Of a stretch of 64,000 nucleotides of DNA, positions 10,314-19,653 are shown in pieces. Within the stretch, counting starts at the first letter, position 1. Every line of letters starts with the position of its first letter. The notes beneath the pieces were generated by a model. It did no database searches and was not told the origin of the DNA. It worked only from the letters and a program-made list of their open reading frames with translations. The position numbers were made by a program, and so were the translations under genes. The DNA is from Nannocystales bacterium. GTDB lineage: Bacteria; Myxococcota_A; Polyangia; Nannocystales; Nannocystaceae. The stretch spans positions 447,974 to 511,973 of the forward strand of contig JBOEGF010000014.1 in the NCBI GenBank assembly GCA_050633305.1, in the 5' to 3' direction.

Positions 10314-10711
10314 TCCGTCCTCACTACGGCCACGAGCGCGGTGTCGATTCGCGCAAACCACGGAATCAGCGTGGAGAGCTCCACGGCCGTCACGGCCATG
10401 GGTACGCCGATCCAGACGAAGTCGAGGACCAACGCGATACCCCAGCACCACAGCACCACGGTGAGCGGTCCACCGCCATCGTTGCGACCAGAGAGTGCGT
10501 GGACACCAAGGAGAACCACCGCCCAGCCGATGATGTTCACGGCGGCTTGCGCCCAGCTGAGGTAGGCCAGCATTTCGAAGTCGGATTCGAGGAGCCCGGC
10601 TCCATCGGCCGCCTGCCATGTGCCCGCCTTGAAGAAGAGCAGCGTCAGGCCCAGGACCAGCATGGCGGCGAAGGCCAGGCGGATCTGTCGAGAGGTCTGG
10701 GCGGCATCCAT
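10022..10711 (-). CDS. Membrane protein, probably 3'-truncated near 10320
   Basis: About 4 hydrophobic helices to ...ALVAVVR, then non-protein-like read-through overlapping the next gene by about 290 nt. Confidence 0.5.
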   Translation of the reverse strand: MDAAQTSRQIRLAFAAMLVLGLTLLFFKAGTWQAADGAGLLESDFEMLAYLSWAQAAVNIIGWAVVLLGVHALSGRNDGGGPLTVVLWCWGIALVLDFVWIGVPMAVTAVELSTLIPWFARIDTALVAVVRTECRGRTRVGVENAIRCGSSMRTDIPVVLPRSFSDLVCSPRGSCPPSAGWASGCSESASRTCSIVWLDCSATKLDWPASSMFKLRRLNPWRATPSRPS

Positions 10712-10713
10712 GG

Positions 10714-11238
10714 GTGGACCGGGGACCCCGCGCCGCGAATCGACCCTGCGCCAGGGGGAAACGTCGTCGCGACCGCCGACGAGGATTGGGGCATCACGTC
10801 CGGACCCGGCAACAACGCTCGGAGGTCCACCTCGTAGAAGGCGGAATCGACTGGTCGTCGATGCGCACCTTTCGTTCCGCGTCGATGCAGAGTTCCACAA
10901 CCTCCTACGGCAGTTCCGGCAGCGTGGGTTCGTACGGCCCCGGAGTGCGGGGATCGATCACGTGTTCCTCCGCGACCCCGAATCGGTGCTTGCTGGAGAG
11001 CAACTCGGAGGCCTTCCTTGCCGACCATGAACTCGATGGTGCGACCTCCCGGATGAGTGACCACCGATTCATGCTCACCGACCTCGAGATCGACGGGCCG
11101 GGGGGGTCGTCGACCTGCTCCCAGTGGTCGAGAGCATCTTCTGGTTCGGGCTACATCATCGCGGGAGACAGGGCGTTCGTGACATTCGGCCCGGAAGACG
11201 CGTGGGATCTGCCTGCCGCGACTCTTCGTGAGTCTTAA
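10714..11238 (+). pseudogene. Possible gene fragment or small hypothetical protein
   Basis: C-terminal half looks protein-like (FMLTDLEIDG...YIIAGDRAFVTFG); no convincing start or RBS. Confidence 0.3.
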
Positions 11239-11646
11239 AAAACCGTGGCAGCGGTCGCTGTCTCGATAGGTGGGCCGAATGCCGATACGTGGGGTCGGAG
11301 CCGCCTCGTTCTCGCGACCTCGTGATCGAGTCGGGGACGGTATCCCCTCTCCACGAAAACCTGGCCCTGGGGACAGGTACGTCGAGCCCAACCGCCCCAG
11401 GGTCCGCCCAGGGAACCCGCTGGTTTGCTGGGAATCGGGGGGAATCCCTGCAGGACTGTACATAGGCTCACTTCGTCCGGCCGGGCGGTATGTGTCTACA
11501 ACTCGACGCAATGAGGATAGGAGGGAGGCTGCGCCATAACAAGGACCACCGGCAAGCTGTGCGCCGCGCAGCGACAGAGTTGGGGCCTCCCGGCCGCTTG
11601 AGCCATCGGCCGTGATCCCGCTAACGTCTACGTCTTGAGGCGGGGG

Positions 11647-12600
11647 ATGGCCAGGAACGACGCGGAAAATCTCGATGGGACGGTCCTCGTCGTGGACGAC
11701 GACGCGACGAGTGCCGGTTTGTTGTGTGAGGCGGTCGAGGCCTTCGGCATGACCGCGGCCTCGGCGACTGACTGGATCGACGCACTGCGCAAGCACAAGA
11801 CCATCCGTCCCGACGTCGTGTTGATGGACGCGATGATGCCGACCGTCGACGGCTACAAGCTCACCAAGATCCTACGGCAACGCTCGGAGGCCTACTTGCC
11901 CGTCGTCTTCGTGACGACACTGGGCGGTCAGGCTTCGCGTCGGCGGGCTTTCGAATCGGGAGCCGATGACGTTTTGCACAAGCCGGTCGACTCTTTCGAA
12001 CTAAGGCTGAGGATGGCCTCCATGCTCCGCATCCGGCACCTCGCGACAGAACTCATGGCGGGCCAGTTGGCCCTCGCCGAACTGGCACACCGTGACCAGC
12101 TGACCGGGCTGCCCAACCGTCGCGCATACGTAAAGCGCTCGGCCGAAGAGCTCGAACGGGCCAACCGTTTTGGTCACCCGCTGGGCCTGCTTGTGATCGA
12201 CGTCGACCATTTCAAGAGGGTCAACGACGCTTTCGGCCACGTCGCAGGCGACCGAGTGCTCGCATCACTGGGCGGGTTGCTCGGCCGTGCGGTCCGGCGC
12301 CCCGACAGCGCCTATCGTTACGGAGGCGAGGAGTTCGTGGTGCTGGTCCCCGAGAGCCCGATCGACAGCTTGCTGACCCTGGCCGAGCAACTCCGTATCG
12401 AGTTCTCGACGCTTCAGGACTCTGAAGCCGGAGCACAGACACTCTCGATCGGAGTTGCCGTCGGCGAGCCCGGCGCCCAATCTGTCGAGTCACCGGCCCT
12501 CTTCGAAGCTGCCGACCGAGCCGTCTACCGGGCCAAGGCGTCGGGTCGCAACCGGGTCGAGGTCGAGTTCGTGGGTGCCCTTGCGACCGGCTCTTGCTGA
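11647..12600 (+). CDS. Response-regulator diguanylate cyclase (REC-GGDEF)
   Basis: VLVVDDD, DVVLMD, KP in REC; DQLTGLPNRR, DVDHFKRVND, I-site RRPD followed by RYGGEEF. Confidence 0.95.
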   Translation: MARNDAENLDGTVLVVDDDATSAGLLCEAVEAFGMTAASATDWIDALRKHKTIRPDVVLMDAMMPTVDGYKLTKILRQRSEAYLPVVFVTTLGGQASRRRAFESGADDVLHKPVDSFELRLRMASMLRIRHLATELMAGQLALAELAHRDQLTGLPNRRAYVKRSAEELERANRFGHPLGLLVIDVDHFKRVNDAFGHVAGDRVLASLGGLLGRAVRRPDSAYRYGGEEFVVLVPESPIDSLLTLAEQLRIEFSTLQDSEAGAQTLSIGVAVGEPGAQSVESPALFEAADRAVYRAKASGRNRVEVEFVGALATGSC

Positions 12601-12677
12601 CCGGCCGAGCTTCTGCCCGGTACCCCTTGCCGCGGTTTGCTCAGCCCTGGGTGGGAAGCAACCCAAGGGGACGGCCC

Positions 12678-14339
12678 CTAATGGTGAGGCAGCAGGATCG
12701 GGCGGCCGCGAAGGCTCTCGGCGATTTCGGTCTTGGCGTCGTATGTCGAGAGACCGTGCGACGGGGCTGGAGGGGCTGCGGATTGCTCGGGGCACAGCCA
12801 CGGCAGCGCGTTCTCGTCCTCGATGACCATAGCGGTCAGGTCCTCGAAGGCGACCTGCGTGTTGCTCGAGGTGAATGTGCCGTCACCGTTGTCGGTGGCT
12901 TCGGCAGCCGGTATGAGCAGGACGATCGTACCCTGTCCGACTGCACACGGGTTGGCGATACCCAACAGGGAGGTCAGTTCCTGCACATCGAGCACCGTGC
13001 CGCTCGGCGTCTCGTGGAGGGCGGAGTAGCTCAGCCATAGATCGGGCTCTCCCGGCTCGTCGGCGAGGTAGTAGAAAGCCCCCGGGGAGAATGACCCTTG
13101 GATCCAGTTCGGCGGGACGGGCAGTCGATAGAAGGAGGGATCGGCCATGTCGAGCAGCATCGGCTCGATGCGTTCTGCTGCAACCTCGTTGCGGGCATTG
13201 ACCGCCTCTTGGGCGCTCGCCTGCACGTCGGCGTCGTCGGGTGCAGCCTCGGGGTCGAACTGGCTCAGCAAGACCTGCTGCATCGTCGTGCCGTCTTCAA
13301 CGACGCCTTGCCAACCGTCGGCGCCTACGCGCTGAAGGGATAGTCCAGTCAATACGCCCAAATCGTACGGCTCGCGGCCGCCGGAATAGTGCGACAGCGA
13401 AGCATACGAATCGAGATGCTCGACAACGGCATCGACGAGCTCTTCGTCCGTTGCATCGCACCCCAACGCTGCAAGGGCGCTCATCATCGCCGAGCCGTAC
13501 TCGGCGCTTCCCTCTGTGATGTCGTAGGAAGCGATCGCATTCATGTCGTTCGGAAATGCATCGAACGCGGCTTCTCGCCAAAACGCCGCGGTACCGAAGT
13601 CCACGGTCCCGTCTTCGAGTTCCCCGCGTAGAGCCCACCCCATCTGCGCCCGGAAGTATCTCGGCTCCCAAGGTTCGGGGTACGGCAACGAGCGGCTGCC
13701 CGGGTTGACGTTCCACCCCGACTGCCCCGACAAGTAGTGCATCCCCTCGTGGAAGGTCAGACCCAGGGCGTAGTCGTGCCACTGTGGAACCCCAGCTTTC
13801 TCGAACTCCGCGTTGAGCTCTGCGGTGACATCCAGTGAGATTCCGAGCGTTCGCACGTCGTTATAGACGCCGAACTCGAATGTCGAGTGCCACTCGGCGC
13901 CCAGGCTGGCAAAGTCCACTTCGGTGAGTCCAGGAGACTCCGCCCCCGAATGTTGGTCGTTCCAAAGGTAGGCCTCGCCGTTCTGCACAGAGACCAGCAT
14001 GATCTGGCTCGTTCGCATGTTGTCTGCGACCTCCGGCCACGCGCGGTCGGGACACAGGAACATCGCGGTGAATAGGGCTTCTTCGATGAGCTCCAAGCGG
14101 CTCAGCGGCTCGCCAGTGCTCGAACCGTCACCGCTGGTGGTGTCGTCCGCGGCCGTGGTGCCCTGTCCGGTCGTACCGTCGTCGGCATTGCTGGTCGTGT
14201 CTGGGTCACCCGTGGTCTCCTGACCTGCAGTCGTGGTGCCGGTATCCGCGGCGCTACCGGTGTCATCGCCGCACCCACCAGCGGCGGTGAGAATCAGCGC
14301 GGCGGTGAACAACTGGTGAGGCGAGCGATTCATGGGCAT
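12678..14339 (-). CDS. Lipoprotein zinc metallopeptidase (gluzincin-like)
   Basis: Lipobox AGGC-GDD; Thr-rich linker; HEGMH plus downstream TEGSAEY. Confidence 0.7.
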   Translation of the reverse strand: MPMNRSPHQLFTAALILTAAGGCGDDTGSAADTGTTTAGQETTGDPDTTSNADDGTTGQGTTAADDTTSGDGSSTGEPLSRLELIEEALFTAMFLCPDRAWPEVADNMRTSQIMLVSVQNGEAYLWNDQHSGAESPGLTEVDFASLGAEWHSTFEFGVYNDVRTLGISLDVTAELNAEFEKAGVPQWHDYALGLTFHEGMHYLSGQSGWNVNPGSRSLPYPEPWEPRYFRAQMGWALRGELEDGTVDFGTAAFWREAAFDAFPNDMNAIASYDITEGSAEYGSAMMSALAALGCDATDEELVDAVVEHLDSYASLSHYSGGREPYDLGVLTGLSLQRVGADGWQGVVEDGTTMQQVLLSQFDPEAAPDDADVQASAQEAVNARNEVAAERIEPMLLDMADPSFYRLPVPPNWIQGSFSPGAFYYLADEPGEPDLWLSYSALHETPSGTVLDVQELTSLLGIANPCAVGQGTIVLLIPAAEATDNGDGTFTSSNTQVAFEDLTAMVIEDENALPWLCPEQSAAPPAPSHGLSTYDAKTEIAESLRGRPILLPHH

Positions 14340-14524
14340 AGTGTTTGCCAGTTTCAGGGCGCGGTTGCCACAGAGTTGGTCACAAACTCGGACATCGACC
14401 GCCTCTGCGCGTGCCGGTCACGAACGCCAAAAAACTCGACTTGGCCGTGGGTGCTGAGGGGCCAAAATCCCGGCAGGAAACGTGCTCGGTGGGCGACCGC
14501 GGCTCTCGAATCGGTGGCGAGGAC

Positions 14525-15211
14525 TCAGTGCTCACGCCTATACCGGTCCGCGGGAGAGTCCCCTCCGATCGGTTCGGGCACGCCGACGTACCAGTCGGCA
14601 TTGTAGCGCTTGCAGACGACGTTGTAGTCGGCGAGCAGCTGCGCCACGTCGTCCGTGAAACGCTCGGCTGCGGATGGATCCCAATAGCCGCACTCCTCGT
14701 AGTCCCCCGCGGTCCGGCAGCTGTATTGCCCGAGGGTGTCTTCGGCTGCACGGATCGTTTCGGAGAACCGACCTCGCAGGCCCTCGAGTTCGGGCTCTTC
14801 GAGCGAGAGCGACTCCAGGTCCTCCGCGAGGCCTCCGTACCCATCCGCGATTTCACGTGCCCGGTAGACGGCGTTTTCCGTCGTGGTGGGTGCTCGCTTC
14901 TCGGGCGCCGCGATGTAGAACTTGAACGCGTCTTCCAGCTCCTGGCAGTCATCCATGTCTTGGAGTGCTCCGTGACCTCCGACGAGAAAGAACACGACGA
15001 TGGTGACCAGGGCGGCCACCGCCATGAGCCCTGCGAAGACCGCACCGCTGCTCGGGGTCCGCGGGGGAGCCGAAGGAGTCGCTGAAGTTGCCCGCCGATG
15101 GCCGCGGACCTGCTCTTGCGCGTGTTCTTGGAGCTTCGCTCGGCGGATGCGTTCGGCGGGTGGGATGTAGTCCGGCCCGAAGGAGTGAGGCCCCGATTGT
15201 TGAGTCGCCAT
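14525..15211 (-). CDS. Single-pass membrane hypothetical protein, paralog of 5729-6370
   Basis: FGPDYIPPAERIRR, TM helix, CQELEDA...LAEDLESLSL...RF...C...C...YNVVC. Confidence 0.7.
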   Translation of the reverse strand: MATQQSGPHSFGPDYIPPAERIRRAKLQEHAQEQVRGHRRATSATPSAPPRTPSSGAVFAGLMAVAALVTIVVFFLVGGHGALQDMDDCQELEDAFKFYIAAPEKRAPTTTENAVYRAREIADGYGGLAEDLESLSLEEPELEGLRGRFSETIRAAEDTLGQYSCRTAGDYEECGYWDPSAAERFTDDVAQLLADYNVVCKRYNADWYVGVPEPIGGDSPADRYRREH

Positions 15212-15495
15212 GATTGTGAGCGCCAAGGGGTCCAGGACGCGCTCTTCCGTCGGGCGCTTACAACATTGAGGGCGCCCCCGTCGAGTTCATCGTCCTGATG
15301 AGCCCACACCGTAGCAAACCTTTTCAGTCGAGCAATCGCTGCGTTGGGCTGGTCTGCTGGGCCGGGTCACGGTGATGTTGGATGAAGGCCCTGGAACAGC
15401 GCCGGTGACAATGTCCACGAAAACGGACACTCGACACGGTCTCCCGAGGTTGCTGCACGTATCAAGCAGGCCGCCCAGCCTTCACCAGGTCCGGC

Positions 15496-17523
15496 TTACT
15501 CGCAAGCGGCGCGGGTCCAGCTCCGATGCAGGTCGTCGATCCACAAGCTGCTTCCGTCCTCGGCAACAGCGGCCAGCGGCGCCCTGTTCCAGAGCGTCTC
15601 AGGGAGATCGAGGAGCTCCCAGCCGACCCCGTCGAACGTCCACAACGAAGAAGGGGGCGCGTCCTGTGTCAGCGCCCGCGGCGCTACCGTCAGGACGATG
15701 CCGCCCGCCGCGTTGCCGCTCAAGGAGACGCGCATATCCTTCGGAACGTCGGGCAACTCCGGCCACAATGCTGATGCGGACTGCCACGTCTGCCCATCAT
15801 GAACCTGCAGTCTGCCGTCGCCGTCGACGACGAAGACGCGGTCGGGGGCGAACGCTCGCACCTGTTGGAGCCCAACGCTCGGGAGCGGAGCTGGGACCGA
15901 GGTCCATCCAGACTCATCGAGGTGATGAAGTGAGCCGGCCGTGGACACGTAGAGATGCTCGCCGACGCCGTGGATATCCACGCGGTTGCTGTCGCCGATG
16001 TTGTTGATGCCAGGTGAGAGGTCCACCCAAGTGCTGCCGTCGAAGCGCATGACCAACAGCTCGTTGAACACGCCCGAGGTCCCGATGACGCGGGCACCCG
16101 CGGCGTAGACGGCCTGCCCGTCTCCCCAGACTTGGGAGAGACCAGGGTCGTCGACGGGGAAGGAGGCTGGGAATACCCCTCGTGCCGTCCCTTGCCAGAG
16201 CGCGCCGTCGGTATGGACCATGAAGAACGCTGTGGTGGACGTGCCCCAGATCGATCGAATTTGACCGCCATAGACTCCTTCCACAGTCGACCAAGCGCCG
16301 TCCACGAAACGCTGTAAGCCGTTGCTCGGCGAGAACCCGATCGCTTCGTCCCTGCTGAGTGGGAAGAGGACCGAGAAGTCCCCGCGGTTCCGCCACGCGA
16401 CCTCCGTCGTGAGCTCGGCTGCACCCTCGAGGTCCGAGACGCGATCGATGTAGATCCCGCTCCCCGACGGGGGAGGAGTTCGTACCAACAGCGCGTTGGG
16501 TCCTTCGGTCAGCAGCATGCGCTCCGTGCTGGAGACGGGGAGAAGCGGCGTCCGGCCTTCGTCTTCCACCCGCTCGATGAAACTCTCTTCGCCGGTCTGT
16601 GTGAGCGCATATGCGACGCCGCCTTCGACCTGCAGATCGCGGATGGTGCCTCCTTCGACCTCACCCGTGGTCAGGACCCCGTCGAGCCAGTGCCAATAGG
16701 CACCACTGTCCCCGGTGATCCACAGCTCGGTTGACGACACGGCTTCGACACGAACGAAGGTCTCGGTTCCTTGTGACTCGATGTAGTCCCATGCGTCGCC
16801 GGTCCATCGGGCTGCGACGCCTTCCCAACCCACCGCCCACACGGTATCGCCGACGACATCGAAGCTCCGCACCCACTGCGCGTCAGGGATCTCGACCCAG
16901 TTCCCACCTTCGAGATGGTGCATTTGCGGCGGTATCACCGGACAAGGCCCGATGCCGCACATCCGGTCGGGACCGATCAACGCCCATGGGTCGCCGTCTC
17001 CGTCGACCTCGAGCATGATCCACTCGGGCGTCTCGAGCGGTAGCGGCACGAACTCCTCCGCGTCGCCATTGAAGTGGAGCAGTTCGGACCGGCGGGATCC
17101 CGCGAACCAAGCGTCATCAGCCGTACTGGCGGCCACCTGGATGACGTACGGGAGTTCGTCCGGAGCCGCTGTGCGGTGCCACGCCTCCCCATCAAACTCG
17201 ACGATGAGCCCCTCAGCTGCGACGAGCGCGGTGGTCCCGTCAGCCCAGATGTCTCGGATCCCGGGGGCCTCCGTCCAAACACTCGACCAGCACAGGGCGG
17301 GGTCAGCCTCGCCCCCGGTCGTGTTCATGGTGCCGGTCTCAGTGGAGTCGGGGCCGGTTGAGCTGCCGCCGGTCGCATCGTCTCCAGAGACATCGCCTCC
17401 GCTCGTACCTCCCGCCGAGTCGCCTTCTCCGCTCGTGCCGGTTTCCACTCCCGCCCCCGCGACGCTCATCCCGCACGCCATCGCTCCCCACAAGCCTACG
17501 CAAGCCAAACTGCCAACACGCAT
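15496..17523 (-). CDS. Lipoprotein with multiple beta-propeller-like repeats
   Basis: Lipobox AMAC; S/T/G linker; recurrent IWAD/IWGT/VWGD and FDGxxW repeats. Confidence 0.8.
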   Translation of the reverse strand: MRVGSLACVGLWGAMACGMSVAGAGVETGTSGEGDSAGGTSGGDVSGDDATGGSSTGPDSTETGTMNTTGGEADPALCWSSVWTEAPGIRDIWADGTTALVAAEGLIVEFDGEAWHRTAAPDELPYVIQVAASTADDAWFAGSRRSELLHFNGDAEEFVPLPLETPEWIMLEVDGDGDPWALIGPDRMCGIGPCPVIPPQMHHLEGGNWVEIPDAQWVRSFDVVGDTVWAVGWEGVAARWTGDAWDYIESQGTETFVRVEAVSSTELWITGDSGAYWHWLDGVLTTGEVEGGTIRDLQVEGGVAYALTQTGEESFIERVEDEGRTPLLPVSSTERMLLTEGPNALLVRTPPPSGSGIYIDRVSDLEGAAELTTEVAWRNRGDFSVLFPLSRDEAIGFSPSNGLQRFVDGAWSTVEGVYGGQIRSIWGTSTTAFFMVHTDGALWQGTARGVFPASFPVDDPGLSQVWGDGQAVYAAGARVIGTSGVFNELLVMRFDGSTWVDLSPGINNIGDSNRVDIHGVGEHLYVSTAGSLHHLDESGWTSVPAPLPSVGLQQVRAFAPDRVFVVDGDGRLQVHDGQTWQSASALWPELPDVPKDMRVSLSGNAAGGIVLTVAPRALTQDAPPSSLWTFDGVGWELLDLPETLWNRAPLAAVAEDGSSLWIDDLHRSWTRAACE

Positions 17524-17764
17524 AGAGCTATCATAGACCACGGACGGCCCAGGAAGCAGCGACGTCGCGAAAACTGCGGCGCCGCGGGAAGAGCGCATGC
17601 ACGGCCGATCGAGATTGCCGCGCAGGGGGCATAGGACGCGGTCTGTCGCGACACATGTCCCGTGGAGGCCACCGTTTCGTCGTTGAGCCGGCTGGCAGTG
17701 GCGAGGACGCCGGCTCGCTCAGCGCATCGGTGACCTCTTGATTGATATGTTAGATTAGGTAGCT

Positions 17765-18706
17765 TTGGGCAAGTGTAGGCTCCTGATTGTCTTAATTGTG
17801 GGTGGCTGCGGGGCGGCGGACCCTGTGGCGGCTACGGGGGCGGGTGCTAAGGGTCCGGGTACTTCGGGCACGAACCCCACCACATCCGGGCAGGCGGGAC
17901 CGTCCACCACCGCGGTGGGCACCTCGACCGGGTCCCCGACATCCGAGTCGTCAGGCATGTCTACAGGGGACACCAGAAGCTCGGGCGAGGACTCGGGCGG
18001 GGGAGCGGGGTTCATCACCAAGCCCGATGGCGGAGGGTGCCCCGAGCCGCTGCCCGATGGGGTCCACGCGCTCACGATCGAGTGTTCGGTTCAGGACCAG
18101 GATTGCTGCCCCGGTGATGCATGTCGGGCGTGGGCCAACGATGGTGGCGACACATGGAACGCGTCTCGGTGTGGGCCGGTCGATCCCGATCCGGCGCAGG
18201 TCGGCGAGCCTTGCTCCGCGGAAGGCAGTGCGGTCGCGGGGCTCGACAGTTGCGACCTTGGTCTGATGTGCTGGGAGGTCGATGCGGAGACCCTCCAGGG
18301 CACCTGCGCGCAGTACTGCGGCGCCGAGGGACCCGCGTGCGAGGGCGAAGGTGAGGTGTGCGGCATCTTCAACGATGGCTACCTCCCATTGTGCCTTCCA
18401 GCTTGTGATCCTCTCGCCCCCGAGTGCGCGCAAGGGTCCGGTTGCTACCCCAACGGGCAAGCGTTCGTCTGCCTACGCGAAGGCGAGCGCCTACGCACGG
18501 AAGATCTCTTTCACCCCGACTGCCCTGCAGGGACGTTTTCTACGACCGATGATGCGGTCACAGGTTGCCCCGACGATGGCCCCTGCTGCACCTCGCTCTG
18601 TGACTTGAACGACCCCGAGTCTTGTGGCGGTGCGGAGTGCCTGCCCTACTTCGAAAACCCTCTGCCTGGACAGGCTGCACTCGGCTACTGCACCGTTGCG
18701 AGCTGA
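17765..18706 (+). CDS. Cys-rich lipoprotein of a family expanded in Nannocystaceae
   Basis: Lipobox VGGC; S/T linker; ECSVQDQDCC...CRAWANDGGDTWNASRC...DSCDLGLMCW...CLPACDPL. Confidence 0.8.
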   Translation: MGKCRLLIVLIVGGCGAADPVAATGAGAKGPGTSGTNPTTSGQAGPSTTAVGTSTGSPTSESSGMSTGDTRSSGEDSGGGAGFITKPDGGGCPEPLPDGVHALTIECSVQDQDCCPGDACRAWANDGGDTWNASRCGPVDPDPAQVGEPCSAEGSAVAGLDSCDLGLMCWEVDAETLQGTCAQYCGAEGPACEGEGEVCGIFNDGYLPLCLPACDPLAPECAQGSGCYPNGQAFVCLREGERLRTEDLFHPDCPAGTFSTTDDAVTGCPDDGPCCTSLCDLNDPESCGGAECLPYFENPLPGQAALGYCTVAS

Positions 18707-18833
18707 TTGAGTCCACGACGCGCACGAGACTCCAGCTTCGTCTTCGATGCGGACGCCTGCGTGCGGATCTCCTCCGTCGGAGCCGACGACATCGGTGGGT
18801 ACGGGGCTCCCGTGCGGGCCGGACCCCGAGCGC

Positions 18834-19469
18834 TCACGTGTCGAACTCGTCGGCTTCGGCCTGCGCGTCTCGGAGCTCCTCCAGCACTCGGTCGACGAGG
18901 GCAGGCTGAAGAGCACCCTCGAGCATCGCCGGACCCCTCCAGTTGACGATGACGCCCGCAAAGTCGTCGCCCTGCAGGTCGGCGGTGATCGCGAGCGTTT
19001 CCGCATCCTTGCGTGAGACGGAGACGTTGTCGAGCTCGGAGAACGTGTCGCCCAAGAGGGCTTCGAGCTGTTCGCGGTCGTCGCCCGGTGCATCCGAATC
19101 TGGAACGCCGTGGACGTACAGGGTGAGCTTCGGACCGGGATCCAACATGCGCTCGTCCAGTTGCACGTGGAGACCGTTGGCGATCCAGGAGACCTCCCGG
19201 CCGCCGTCTCGGCTCTCACGGGGTGCACCGAATCGAGCCGAGAGGTCTGCCGCGATCACCTCGTACGTCTCATGGGGGCTGTTCCAAAGCTGATAGCGCA
19301 GAGCGTGAACCCGTCCGTCGGCACTCGACTCCACGGTGAGGTTGTGCGGCAGCTTTCCAGGAGGCGTGGGTTCCCCGAGCGTGAGGCCGAAGAAGTGAGT
19401 CGCGAATCTGCCGCGAAACCCTTCTGCGGATGTGGGGCTCTCGTAGTGCTTTCGTTCTTTGTGTTCCAT
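18834..19469 (-). CDS. Hypothetical protein
   Basis: Protein-like acidic ORF filling the gap between genes; alternative start at 19517. Confidence 0.55.
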   Translation of the reverse strand: MEHKERKHYESPTSAEGFRGRFATHFFGLTLGEPTPPGKLPHNLTVESSADGRVHALRYQLWNSPHETYEVIAADLSARFGAPRESRDGGREVSWIANGLHVQLDERMLDPGPKLTLYVHGVPDSDAPGDDREQLEALLGDTFSELDNVSVSRKDAETLAITADLQGDDFAGVIVNWRGPAMLEGALQPALVDRVLEELRDAQAEADEFDT

Positions 19470-19653
19470 GGTGATCTTTGTGGGAGGTGGGGCTTGCGCG
19501 TACCGTGTCCACGGCATGTGCGTCGTCGTTCACGCGGACACGACGTCCGTCGCGGACGCTGCGATTGCGTTGGCTGGAGCACTTGGCCGTGAGTTGTCTC
19601 CGTTGGCGCGCAGCGACTGGCCGTGAGCCAGTGGGCCGCCTAGTCTCCGGCGC

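Noticed and set aside
11239..11646. ncRNA or riboswitch upstream of the diguanylate cyclase
   Set aside because: Only a short CCCTGGGG/CCCCAGGG stem; no recognisable aptamer consensus.
17765..18706. 'Ribulose phosphate epimerase' label that I recall being attached to this family
   Set aside because: No epimerase motifs; it is a Cys-rich lipoprotein.
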